A stretch of DNA of 64,000 bases from assembly GCA_937915455.1 (NCBI GenBank), contig CALDNN010000028.1, forward strand, positions 2,212 through 66,211. The letters are read 5' to 3'. How positions within the stretch are numbered: position 1 is the stretch's first letter; each line of letters begins with the position of its first letter. Both the position numbers and the translations under genes were made by a program. Positions 20,650-29,853 of the stretch are shown one piece after another. This DNA comes from an uncultured Clostridia bacterium. GTDB taxonomy: Bacteria; Bacillota; Clostridia; Christensenellales; CAG-138. The notes below the pieces were generated by a model. The model was not told the DNA's origin. It saw nothing but the letters and a program-made list of their open reading frames with translations, and made no database searches.

Positions 20650-21417
20650 TTACTTAGCGCCCCCAACCCAGCGTGCGACTTGCTGCCAGAACCTGGCATA
20701 ATCAGGATGTTCCAGAAAATTTCCGGCCCAGTGGGGGCCTACATCGCTGGTGAATACGCAGGAGCGGCCTTTGCCGACCTGGCGGGTAGCGATCTGAACA
20801 TCGCCATTGTAGGAAGCCACCAAGTGGGCGTCATCCCGGAGGATGACCTTATTGTAGCCCATGAACATATAAGGCGTGTTCCAATCGATGCCCTTTACGA
20901 TGGGATGCTCCGGGTCATCCAGCTGCATGGCATAACCTTGGGTGATTTCCATCCGGTCATCCGCGCCACGGGGTACGCAGGTTACGGGCAGGATGGTTTC
21001 CACAGGCGTGCCGCCATACATACCCTTGCCCTGCATGCCAGAGAAGGAGAGCCAGCCGCCGATCATCATGAAACCGCCGCCTTGCTCCACATATTCTACC
21101 AGCGCCTTGGGGCGATCCGGCCCCATTGGAAGACGGTAGGGCTGGGTGTTGCCGGGTTGCAGATTGATGTTGTTCCAGCCCACGTCACTTACGATAACAG
21201 CATCGTATTGTTTGAATTCCTCCACGGTGGAGGGCATGTCCGCGATGCAATTCATGGAGGGGATATGGGTGCAGACGATATCGTCCGCAGCGTTCAGCGC
21301 GTTGCGCAGATAGCGGGCGGAATCACTGTAATAGGTAAAGGTCCAGCTATCAATACCCTTAATAGAGGTTTGCACATTGACTTGCGTATCGCCTACATAT
21401 AAAATTTTAGTTGCCAT
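20650..21417 (-). CDS. GATase1-like / DUF1355-like cytoplasmic protein of a sugar operon
   Basis: KILYVGD..YDAVIVSDVG..GGGFMMIGGWLSFSG resembles the flavodoxin-like fold of putative class-I glutamine amidotransferase-like proteins. The family assignment is from memory only. Confidence 0.45.
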   Translation of the reverse strand: MATKILYVGDTQVNVQTSIKGIDSWTFTYYSDSARYLRNALNAADDIVCTHIPSMNCIADMPSTVEEFKQYDAVIVSDVGWNNINLQPGNTQPYRLPMGPDRPKALVEYVEQGGGFMMIGGWLSFSGMQGKGMYGGTPVETILPVTCVPRGADDRMEITQGYAMQLDDPEHPIVKGIDWNTPYMFMGYNKVILRDDAHLVASYNGDVQIATRQVGKGRSCVFTSDVGPHWAGNFLEHPDYARFWQQVARWVGGAK

Positions 21418-21555
21418 GGTTGTTTCAATAGCCCCTTTCGGTTTTTGTTTATGCAGATAGAATCTCGTCGGAGTGATCTTAGATACCCCCATGGATGCCC
21501 TGGCAGGGATAACCTCCCTACTAGGGCATCCATTCGCCTTGTCCAGGTGGAAAAA

Positions 21556-22641
21556 TCAATAGCCCCCTTGTGAAATGGTGGCGATGTACTTAAATGTGCG
21601 CGCTTCCTCGCTCTCCACGTTATCGCGAGTAATGGCAAAGGTATCATAGTGCTGGACTCCATCCTCGGGGAAATCCGCATCGGTGAGTTCGCCGCGCACA
21701 TATTTAGCTAGGTTCATAATGGCATCATAGCCCATTTGATAGGGGTTCTGGGCAATAAGAATATCATATACGCCACTTTTAAGATCCTCAACCTGCTGGG
21801 GGTCCGCATCAAAGGCGGCTATCTTGATCTTGCCGGATTGCCCTGCTTCGATTACGGCGGAAGCGGCCCCGGAAGCCGGCGCGGAGGTGGCCACGAAAAT
21901 GCCGCTCATGTCCGGATTGCCAGTGATGGCAGCGGAAACCAGTTCGGCGGCCTTGTTGGCATCGTTCTTGGGGAAAACGGTCTCCAAAACGGTTCCTTGG
22001 GGGTCGAGTTCTTTGATAGTCTCAATGAAACCCTGTACGCGCAGGTTTGCGCCATAAGCGCCGGGATTGGTGCTCACGGGGAGATATACCCCGTTGGGAC
22101 CGTTCATCTCAAAGAACATCCTAGCTGCGGTAGCTCCGCCTTCGTAGGGATTAGAGTTATAACCAACAAGGTCTACATGCTCTTTCAGCACAGCGTCGGT
22201 GCAGATGACCGGTAAGCCCTCGGACATCCATTTCTCCACATAGGCAATCATGGCGGAGCTATCGGTGGGAACCAGCATCAACGCATTCGGATTGGTTGCA
22301 AGTACGCCGTCCAAGTACGGCATCTGCTTGGTAAAGTCCCATTCGGCAGGCCCCGTCCAGTTGAGGTCTACGTTATAGTCCTTGGCGGCATCCATAGCGC
22401 CCCACTGCATGGTGGTGAAGTAAGGGATGCCGGCTTCGGCGGCAACCGCTGCAATATAAACGCGATCACCCTCCGGTACGGCAGACTCGGCAACCGCATC
22501 GGTCTCGGTTGGCGCCGGGGCGGCGGGCTCGATAGGTGCCGGGGTGGCGGGCTCGGTAGCCGCAGGCGCTTCCTGTGGTGAGCAGGCACCAAGCGCCAGA
22601 GCAGTGAACAGTGCCATCATGAGAGCCAGATACTTTTTCAT
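21556..22641 (-). CDS. Sugar ABC transporter substrate-binding lipoprotein (PBP type I, RbsB/FrcB-like)
   Basis: The lipobox is MKKYLALMMALFTALALGAC, followed by an Ala/Pro-rich linker and then a periplasmic-binding-protein-like body. Confidence 0.75.
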   Translation of the reverse strand: MKKYLALMMALFTALALGACSPQEAPAATEPATPAPIEPAAPAPTETDAVAESAVPEGDRVYIAAVAAEAGIPYFTTMQWGAMDAAKDYNVDLNWTGPAEWDFTKQMPYLDGVLATNPNALMLVPTDSSAMIAYVEKWMSEGLPVICTDAVLKEHVDLVGYNSNPYEGGATAARMFFEMNGPNGVYLPVSTNPGAYGANLRVQGFIETIKELDPQGTVLETVFPKNDANKAAELVSAAITGNPDMSGIFVATSAPASGAASAVIEAGQSGKIKIAAFDADPQQVEDLKSGVYDILIAQNPYQMGYDAIMNLAKYVRGELTDADFPEDGVQHYDTFAITRDNVESEEARTFKYIATISQGGY

Positions 22642-22702
22642 TTGCTTTTACCTCCATTTTTGTCTTTATTGTACTCGCCTATATTAGGGCCAGCATCAAG
22701 GG

Positions 22703-23803
22703 CTATTTTGTGGGGCGCATGTTGCGGATGTAGTCCACATATACCGCAATGATCAGGAAAATACCGGTCACAACCAGTTGATAAAAGGAATTGATGCCCA
22801 GCACTACCATACCGATGGACAACGACACGGGGATGAGGGTAGCAAGCATGGCTCCCAGCACCGAGGCAATGCCGCCCTTCATGCTGGTGCCACCCATGAC
22901 AGCCGCCATAATGGCCATCATGCCGTCCGTCTGATGGCCGGAGGGGTTCGTGGTGGCGAAGCGGGCGATGTCGAAGCAGCCGGCAACGGCGGCCAAGGCG
23001 CCGGTGAGCATATATACCTGGAAAGTGATCAGCGTTACGTTGATGCCTGCCCGTCGGGCGGATTCCCGGTTGGAACCCGTAGCCCGCACATGAAGTCCAA
23101 AACGGGTATATTTCAAAATGAGGTGTAGGCTTACACCTATGATAACGGCCGCGATAACCTGATATGGAATATATCCGAAGAGCTTGGCATGGCCGAAATA
23201 GGTCTGGAAGGCACGCGGCAGGCCTACCTCTTGTGCGCCGTTGCAAATAACCATCGCAATACCCTGGAAAATATACATGCTGGCCAGTGTAGCGATGAAG
23301 GGGGGAAGCTTTAAGTATGTGATGGCAAAGGCGTTCAGGCCTCCCCCTGCTATGCCGACGACAATAGCAAGTATGATGCCTACTATGATGCCAGCCCCTA
23401 GATTGGGATATATACTCGAAGCTACCTCCGCTGGGGAGCCGGCTACGGCCTTAAACACTTTGGCCGCCACAATTGAGGAGAGGATCAGGTTCATGCCTAC
23501 AGACATATCCATATGTCCACTGGCAATGATATAGGTAAGGCCCACCGCCAGAATGATCATTTGGGAGGAGTTGAGGGCGATGTTGAACAGGTTGCTCACC
23601 GCAAGAAACGTGCCCTTGGGAGCAAGAACGCCAAAGAAGATGATAATCAACAACTCCAACGCAATGACGAAAGCTAGGGAGGATTCCAGGAATCTTTGCA
23701 GCGGCGTCCTATCCTGTTGCGCAATGCTAGAAACACCCGTACTTTGGAGGATGACTTCCGCTTGCTTTTTTTCGTTGTTTTCGTTGTTCTCGTTGTTAGA
23801 CAT
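22703..23803 (-). CDS. Sugar ABC transporter permease (BPD_transp_2 / RbsC-like)
   Basis: A multi-TM protein. The ATG at 23803 has an AGGGGAA SD. The track start at 23830 is a TTG. Confidence 0.8.
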   Translation of the reverse strand: MSNNENNENNEKKQAEVILQSTGVSSIAQQDRTPLQRFLESSLAFVIALELLIIIFFGVLAPKGTFLAVSNLFNIALNSSQMIILAVGLTYIIASGHMDMSVGMNLILSSIVAAKVFKAVAGSPAEVASSIYPNLGAGIIVGIILAIVVGIAGGGLNAFAITYLKLPPFIATLASMYIFQGIAMVICNGAQEVGLPRAFQTYFGHAKLFGYIPYQVIAAVIIGVSLHLILKYTRFGLHVRATGSNRESARRAGINVTLITFQVYMLTGALAAVAGCFDIARFATTNPSGHQTDGMMAIMAAVMGGTSMKGGIASVLGAMLATLIPVSLSIGMVVLGINSFYQLVVTGIFLIIAVYVDYIRNMRPTK

Positions 23804-23826
23804 GGTGGTTCCCCTTTCCTCTGTAA

Positions 23827-24606
23827 TCAAGCCTGACCTGTAAGCATCAGGGAGAGAACGGTTTGCAAGTTAGTTTCCCTTGCGATCAGGTCTGCGATAA
23901 CAGCCCCTTGCCGCATAATGCAAATGCGGTCCGCTACCTCAAGCATCTTTGGGATATCATGGGAGATGACCAGCACGCCCAGGTTTTTGGCGGCGGCAGC
24001 CCGCATAGTGTTATATACCAGCGCCTGTTGACGCGCGCCCAGCGCGGCAGTAGGCTCGTCCATGATAAGGGCAGAATTGGCCCAGGCTACCGCCTTAGCC
24101 ACTGCCAGGGCCTGTCGTTCGCCGCCGGAAAGTGCCTTTACAGGCACCGTCATAGATTTAAGGCCGATGCCCAGTTCAGCCAGCAGATCCTTGCTGACCT
24201 GCGTCATCTTTTTTCGATCCAGCAATTTGAACAAACGGCCAAAGAACGTGGGCTGAATGACCTCCCGCCCCAGAAAAATATTGAAGGGGACGCTTAAATC
24301 CGGCGCCAGCGCCAGATCCTGATAGACCACCTGGATGCCCATCTCCTGGGCCTGCTGGATGGACTGCACCTCAATCTCTTTGCCCCGACAAAAAAGCTGG
24401 CCGCTGGTTTTGGGAATTGCACCGCAAATGATGTTTGCCATCGTGGATTTGCCGGCACCGTTATCGCCTAAAAGCGCAGTTACCTCGCCAGCATAGACTT
24501 TCAGGGACGCTCCCTTGAGCGCGCGCAAATGGCCGTAGTTTTTTACAATATCTCGTGCCTCAACGACCACATCGTCTTTTTTTATCGTGGAATCCATGTC
24601 TGCCAT
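23827..24606 (-). CDS. ABC transporter ATP-binding protein with a single NBD (FrcA-like CUT2 type)
   Basis: Walker A GDNGAGKST, signature LSGGERQ and Walker B LIMDEPTAAL. At 259 aa it is not the duplicated NBD usual for CUT2. Confidence 0.85.
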   Translation of the reverse strand: MADMDSTIKKDDVVVEARDIVKNYGHLRALKGASLKVYAGEVTALLGDNGAGKSTMANIICGAIPKTSGQLFCRGKEIEVQSIQQAQEMGIQVVYQDLALAPDLSVPFNIFLGREVIQPTFFGRLFKLLDRKKMTQVSKDLLAELGIGLKSMTVPVKALSGGERQALAVAKAVAWANSALIMDEPTAALGARQQALVYNTMRAAAAKNLGVLVISHDIPKMLEVADRICIMRQGAVIADLIARETNLQTVLSLMLTGQA

Positions 24607-24654
24607 GCCGATTCTCCTCTCCTGCGAAGTATATAGTGAGTGTCATTATACTGT

Positions 24655-26337
24655 TTATTTGATCCGGGCAGCGCCGACCCGTTCTTTGATCTGGCGTAGA
24701 GAGACCATGGCCTGTCGCTGGTCCTTGCCGAAAAAATCATGGGCGAGCATATAGATATCAAACAAATCGGAATATACGGCATGATTATTTTTATCGGGGC
24801 AATAGATGCGGCTTGGCTTACTGCAAAGCTGGGCTGTGGCCTCCATGGGTGAGCTATAGCCGCCATTCTCCGGGCCGGCGGCCACCATGCCATACATAGC
24901 CGCCCCATAAGCAGTAGCCTGTGCAATGTTTGTAACATAGATCTCGCTGCCCAGAACATCTGCGAATACCTGCATGATAAAGCTGCTCTTGCGGGAGAGC
25001 CCGCCACAGGCAAAGAGACTGTCCACCTGAAGGCCTAGCCGTTCCAGGCTTTCGATGATGTTGCGGGTTCCAAAGGCGGTGGCTTCAATCAGCGCCCGGT
25101 ATATCTCCTCCGCAGAGGTTTGCAGCGTCATGCCGACGATCATGCCGGATAGGCTAGAATCGTTGAGCATGGACCGGCTCCCATTCCACCAATCCAGGGC
25201 GATGAGCCCGCTTTCACCGGGTTTGAGCTTTTCCGCCCGGGCATCCATTACGCTAAATATACTGCGGTTATACTCATTCGCCTCGTCCACGCATTCTTTG
25301 GGCGCCAAATTGGAAATAAACCAGTCGAATATATCCCCAACCGCCGCCTGCCCGGTTTCGTAGCCATAGTAGCCGGGCAAAACGCCGTCCTTGACAACTC
25401 CGCAGATGCCCTGCGCTAACACCTCCTGCTTGCTGACCATGATATGGCAAAGGGAAGTGCCCATGGTCATCATCATGAAATTATCCTGGGTGATGCCCAC
25501 CACTGGCATGGCGGCATGTGCGTCTATGATGCAGACGGCCACGCTGGTGCCGGCTTTCAGGCCGGTTCGCTCAGCCATTTCCTCCGTCAGCCCCCCTGCC
25601 CGGGAGCCCACGGTGCATACATTGTGTATGGCCTTATCCGCGATGTACCGGATACCCGGATCGATAGCAGCAAAAAAGTCCTCGCTGGGATATCCCTCCC
25701 GCTCATTCCAGAAGGCCTTGTAGCCTGCCATACAGGTGCTGGTGGCGAGATTATCCGTCAGCAACCATACCACCCAGTCTCCGGCCTCCACAAATTTATA
25801 GGTGGCTTCATAGATATCGGGCGCTTTGTTGTAAATTTCCATGAGTTTGGCAAAGAACCACTCGCTGGAGGAGGTACCGCCATAGTGCCTGATAAACTCC
25901 TCGCCCCGGCGAAGAGCCGTTTCGTTGATGATATCCGCCTCCCGCTGAGCGCCATGGTGCTTCCACAGCTTCACCCAGCTATGGGGGTTATCCCGGTATT
26001 TTTCATAAAAGCAGAGCGGTACCATAGTCTCGTCCACGGGTAAAACGGTGCAGGCGGTGAAATCAATGCCGATTGAAATAATATCTTCCGGCTTTACGTT
26101 AGCCTTGCGCCAGATGTCCGAAAGCAGGGCCTCTGTGGCATCTTTATAATTCATGGGATTTTGCAGGGCAAAATCCGGCGGTAGTTCAATATAAGTGTCG
26201 GGCAAAAACGTGTCGATCACCGCATCCTGATATCCATAAACGGAGGTCTCAATCTCCTTACCGGTCTGCGTATCGAGCAAAACCGCTCTGGCAGATAACG
26301 TACCAAAGTCAATTCCCACCGAATAACGGCTCTTCAT
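24655..26337 (-). CDS. FGGY-family carbohydrate kinase, ribulokinase-like
   Basis: The N-terminus YSVGIDFGTLSARAVLLDTQTGKE...IGIDFTACTVLPVD closely recalls AraB-type ribulokinases. The ATG at 26337 has an AGGAGG SD. Confidence 0.75.
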   Translation of the reverse strand: MKSRYSVGIDFGTLSARAVLLDTQTGKEIETSVYGYQDAVIDTFLPDTYIELPPDFALQNPMNYKDATEALLSDIWRKANVKPEDIISIGIDFTACTVLPVDETMVPLCFYEKYRDNPHSWVKLWKHHGAQREADIINETALRRGEEFIRHYGGTSSSEWFFAKLMEIYNKAPDIYEATYKFVEAGDWVVWLLTDNLATSTCMAGYKAFWNEREGYPSEDFFAAIDPGIRYIADKAIHNVCTVGSRAGGLTEEMAERTGLKAGTSVAVCIIDAHAAMPVVGITQDNFMMMTMGTSLCHIMVSKQEVLAQGICGVVKDGVLPGYYGYETGQAAVGDIFDWFISNLAPKECVDEANEYNRSIFSVMDARAEKLKPGESGLIALDWWNGSRSMLNDSSLSGMIVGMTLQTSAEEIYRALIEATAFGTRNIIESLERLGLQVDSLFACGGLSRKSSFIMQVFADVLGSEIYVTNIAQATAYGAAMYGMVAAGPENGGYSSPMEATAQLCSKPSRIYCPDKNNHAVYSDLFDIYMLAHDFFGKDQRQAMVSLRQIKERVGAARIK

Positions 26338-26807
26338 ATGGTCCCAAACCTCCTTGCTCAATATAGGGGAGAAATATATCTTCACAGATCGTGTCCTGAT
26401 CTATTTAGTAGTGGAGCTGTTGTATATAGGTTCAAATTGGAATTGCGGCCCTTTGTCAGCCGGGTACCCTGGAGTACTGATCCTCGGGCGTATCGGAGTT
26501 AGCTTTTAAAAATATTTGTTTTCTATTAAGTTAATTCCTGTTATTGATAAAGTCGTCTATATATAGGATTCCATTGGGTTCTACCTGTGATATGCTAGTA
26601 TTATAAAAGTAATAATATCATATGTCAATTCTATTGAAAAAAGCTGACATTTGTGAATCAAATCTGTAGTTCAAGGCCACCAGGAAGCCAAAAAATGATT
26701 ATCCGGGGTATAGGCTTGGATTTTTGGTGGACTTTGAGGCTGAAAAATCCGTCCTTTATGATTATTGACCCATCTCCACATTCACAAACGTCATAATATT
26801 AGCTTTA

Positions 26808-26836
26808 TTGACACATATTCCATTATAAAATATACT
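26808..26836 (+). promoter_or_regulatory. Consensus-like sigma-A promoter for the DMT transporter gene
   Basis: TTGACA (26808-26813), a 17-nt spacer, then TATACT (26831-26836), about 50 nt upstream of the ATG. Confidence 0.65.
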
Positions 26837-26884
26837 ATGGACGGGTTGTAGAATAGGCTACGCATAAGCAAGAAGGAAGGTTTT

Positions 26885-27772
26885 ATGTCGCAGAAAACAA
26901 GAGGCATGCTTTTCGCGTCTCTGTCAGCTCTTTTTTTCGGTTGGTCCGGCGTTATCACAAAAATCATTGCGATAGGCGGCGTCGGCATCCCTTCTATTCT
27001 GCTGTTTCGCGGTATAATGGGCGCATGCTTACTTTTCCCCCTGCTCCGTCGGACGGAGCAGCCGCTGTACATCCCGTTTTGGTTATTAAAACGGATTCTT
27101 TTCCTTTCGGTGCTCGGCACTACCCTAACCCTGCTGCTGCTCAACATGGCCTATACATACATACCCGTGGGAAGCGCCACCACCATCCATTATCTCTACC
27201 CGGTTGCCGTAACCATGGCTGAAAGCTTTATTTCCCGGCAAAAACCTGATAAACTTACCTGTATAGTGTTGCTTATATGTACACTGAGCTTGGTGCCACT
27301 CTTTGAGGGATTCCCTCCTGGCTCCCAAGCGGGCCTGCTGTTTGCAGGGCTCTCCGTTTTTAGCTGGTCCTTCCAGCTTATTTATCTGGACCGTTCCTGC
27401 CTCAAGCAGGTTCCAAATTTTACCCTCGCCTTCTATCAAAGCTGTACGACCGCATTGGTGGGCCTCCTAGCCGGCGTCTTCGTACCCCATACTTGGGATG
27501 CTGCGCTAACGCAAATGCCGCTGTTTTTGCTTGTAGGCCTTATGAACAGTGTTTTGGCTACTGTGCTTTTACGTGCCAGCATCCAGCGGGTGGGTGCGGG
27601 TATAGCGGCTGTATTAAGCGTTTTCGAGCCTGTCAGCGCCATACTTTTCGGTGTTTTGCTGGGGGAAGCCCCCAGCCTCCCCCAGCTGTTCGCCAGTGCA
27701 CTCGTGCTATCTTCCATCACCGTTATGATCTGGATAAGCGCCCGGAAAGGAAAGGGCAGTATTGCGGCATAA
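26885..27772 (+). CDS. EamA/DMT family transporter
   Basis: About 10 TM segments arranged as two EamA-like halves. The SD is AGAAGGAAGG. Confidence 0.7.
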   Translation: MSQKTRGMLFASLSALFFGWSGVITKIIAIGGVGIPSILLFRGIMGACLLFPLLRRTEQPLYIPFWLLKRILFLSVLGTTLTLLLLNMAYTYIPVGSATTIHYLYPVAVTMAESFISRQKPDKLTCIVLLICTLSLVPLFEGFPPGSQAGLLFAGLSVFSWSFQLIYLDRSCLKQVPNFTLAFYQSCTTALVGLLAGVFVPHTWDAALTQMPLFLLVGLMNSVLATVLLRASIQRVGAGIAAVLSVFEPVSAILFGVLLGEAPSLPQLFASALVLSSITVMIWISARKGKGSIAA

Positions 27773-27805
27773 TTTTCTTTTGCAAAACGCGAGAAAGGAG
27801 CCCCT

Positions 27806-28771
27806 ATGGACACGGAGAGCAGGAAACAAACGTATATCGATATAGCCAAACGGTACTATATCAATGGGGAATCCCAGGAGGATATCGCCCAGGCCACCAA
27901 TATGAGCCGCTCCAACGTTTCCCGCATTTTGAAAAAATGCGTTGAGGACGGGGTGGTTGAGATCGTGGTTCACGATGTAATTTCAGAAAAACCGCTCACC
28001 GCCCACAAACTGGAACTCATGTACGGGCTCAAGAATGTAATCATCGTCCCGAACGGATCTTCCACCAATAGCCTAAACCGCAACATCGGCGAACGGCTAG
28101 CTATGTATCTCGGCTCCATCCTCAAGGATAATATGCTGGTGGGGGTCTCCCGAGGGCGCGCCTGTTATTATACCGGCAAAAGCCTTTCCAATAAAAAAAA
28201 TATCCGGGCGGATGTGATTCAGCTGCAAGGCTCCGTCAGTTCGTTTACCAGCTCTGACGAGGGAAGCCTGCTCATTTCTCTGTTTGCCTCCAAGCTCAAT
28301 GGCAATGGGTATATCGTGAACGCGCCTTTAATGGTCAAATCCAAGCGTACGCGGGAAGACCTAGTCAACGACGACATGCTCAAGCCCGTTATGAAGAAAT
28401 TTTATGAGTTGGATGTGGCCATTTTCGAAATTGAGCATCCGCGCCTGCATGTGAGCGATTATTCTAAGCAGGAGTGGCTCTCCCGGGCGGATATTTTGCA
28501 ACTTACTGAAGTAGGCGTGGTAGCCAGCGTATGCGGCCACTATTTTAACGAGAATGGAATTTCCTGCAATGTGGGCATCAACGACCGGGTCATTGCCATT
28601 TCACCAAACCAATTGCGCTCCATCAATTATTCCATTGGCATTGCCGCGGGCAAGCACTCTCTATCCGCCGCCCTCAGTATACTCAAGAGCGGCCTAGTAA
28701 ACGTACTGGTGGTGGATGAAGACCTGGCCGTCCAACTAGAAGCCGTACAATTGGAAGGACAGGTTCTCTAA
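27806..28771 (+). CDS. SorC/DeoR-type sugar-binding transcriptional regulator
   Basis: The N-terminal HTH is IAKRYYINGESQEDIAQATNMSRSNVSRILKK. The C-terminal sugar-phosphate-binding domain resembles CggR/DeoR. Confidence 0.8.
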   Translation: MDTESRKQTYIDIAKRYYINGESQEDIAQATNMSRSNVSRILKKCVEDGVVEIVVHDVISEKPLTAHKLELMYGLKNVIIVPNGSSTNSLNRNIGERLAMYLGSILKDNMLVGVSRGRACYYTGKSLSNKKNIRADVIQLQGSVSSFTSSDEGSLLISLFASKLNGNGYIVNAPLMVKSKRTREDLVNDDMLKPVMKKFYELDVAIFEIEHPRLHVSDYSKQEWLSRADILQLTEVGVVASVCGHYFNENGISCNVGINDRVIAISPNQLRSINYSIGIAAGKHSLSAALSILKSGLVNVLVVDEDLAVQLEAVQLEGQVL

Positions 28772-28961
28772 GCATCCCGACTTGCCCCAGCTTTGCGAAA
28801 AAATAGGTACGAAATTCATAGAAGGAGACATGATGGGGCTCTCCTTATAAGGCGTGTATCCCTTACATTGTTCCGGTTTAAGCTCACACACCCCCGTATT
28901 ATCAACGATAAACCCTCCTAAGAGATTTAACTATTAAGAACTGATAAAAATTCGAAAGGGT

Positions 28962-28996
28962 GACCCCGTTGCCAAGCAGCAATGGGGTCTTTCTTT
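28962..28996 (+). terminator. Strong rho-independent terminator about 190 nt after sorC
   Basis: GACCCCGTTGC-(6 nt)-GCAATGGGGTC, an 11-bp stem with one G-U pair, followed by TTTCTTT. Confidence 0.75.
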
Positions 28997-29067
28997 ACGT
29001 GCACTCCGAATTTTTTAGAGCTTTATGTGTTGCCATGGTGTTGTAGTAATATACTCACGGATAACAT

Positions 29068-29379
29068 ATGCCAAATATTCCTGATATTAAACCTGACATT
29101 GATATCACGTTCGAGGAGACGATTAAATTGCTGCTTGCTTCAATCGCCCTTGAAGAGCTAAGCCTTGCTCATATCATGAACGCCGAGGCTGAAAAGATTC
29201 AGGAAGTTGTTAAGTGTTCGGGCGGTAAGCTTGATTCGCTTTTATGCATTGATGACAGTGTAGAAAAAATACTGCGGGATGTCATTAAAAAAGAGATGCT
29301 TTTGGAATTCAAATTTGAGAATGTTCTCGAATTGTTGCCTAAGTGTCCGAAAGGCGGTCCTGATAAAAGCCGTTGCTGA
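29068..29379 (+). CDS. Hypothetical small helical protein (103 aa) with an SIALEE..LAHI.NAE.EKIQ motif and a Cys-containing tail
   Basis: An intact ORF in a very AT-rich pocket, followed by a hairpin terminator. The SD is weak. No signal peptide or TM segment is present. No family could be named. Confidence 0.5.
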   Translation: MPNIPDIKPDIDITFEETIKLLLASIALEELSLAHIMNAEAEKIQEVVKCSGGKLDSLLCIDDSVEKILRDVIKKEMLLEFKFENVLELLPKCPKGGPDKSRC

Positions 29380-29408
29380 CTGGTATATTAACTTGCTGTA
29401 GTGAATGG

Positions 29409-29436
29409 AGGCCATGCGATAAGTATGGCCTTTATT
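29409..29436 (+). terminator. Hairpin terminator between the two small ORFs
   Basis: AGGCCAT-(9 nt)-ATGGCCT, followed by TTATT. Confidence 0.6.
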
Positions 29437-29457
29437 ATAAATTATGAGGTTCAAACA

Positions 29458-29718
29458 ATGATTGATAAGAATATAAACAATGCATCGCTTGGAAAAAGCC
29501 TGATCTTAGCCGCTGTTGATCTTGATGAGGCCATAGCAGAACTATTAAAGTTGGAAATTAAGCGAATAAAGAAACTGACAAAAGAGGCTTCGTTCCTCGA
29601 AGAGGTTCATAAAACACATATCCTAGTAAGGTATATTATCATGGCACTCATAATGACGGATGAAAAAATAAATACCGGGATGATTTTATGCAACGACGAA
29701 GATCAGAATAAGAATTGA
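29458..29718 (+). CDS. Hypothetical small helical protein (86 aa), a distant look-alike of the preceding ORF
   Basis: The ATG at 29458 has a GAGGT SD 7 nt upstream. The segment LILAAVDLDEAIAELLKLEIKRIKKL aligns by eye with LLLASIALEELSLAHIMNAEAEKIQEV of the upstream ORF. Confidence 0.5.
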   Translation: MIDKNINNASLGKSLILAAVDLDEAIAELLKLEIKRIKKLTKEASFLEEVHKTHILVRYIIMALIMTDEKINTGMILCNDEDQNKN

Positions 29719-29853
29719 CGTCATATTTATTAGTGATAAATCTGTTACTTTACGATGAGTTAAAGTACTTTGGACAAGCATCAAATGGGGCCAAAACGGT
29801 TCTTGGTTGAAACTACTCCTCAAATGGTTCTATTCAATTGTAAATGTTCTGTT

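Noticed and set aside
26386-26884. Small ORFs (15 and 33 codons) and an ATGTCA..TGACAT dyad in the AT-rich divergent region of the sugar island
   Set aside because: Short ORFs are expected by chance in AT-rich DNA and have weak or absent SDs. The dyad may be a SorC operator, but a single 6-bp arm pair is not enough evidence.
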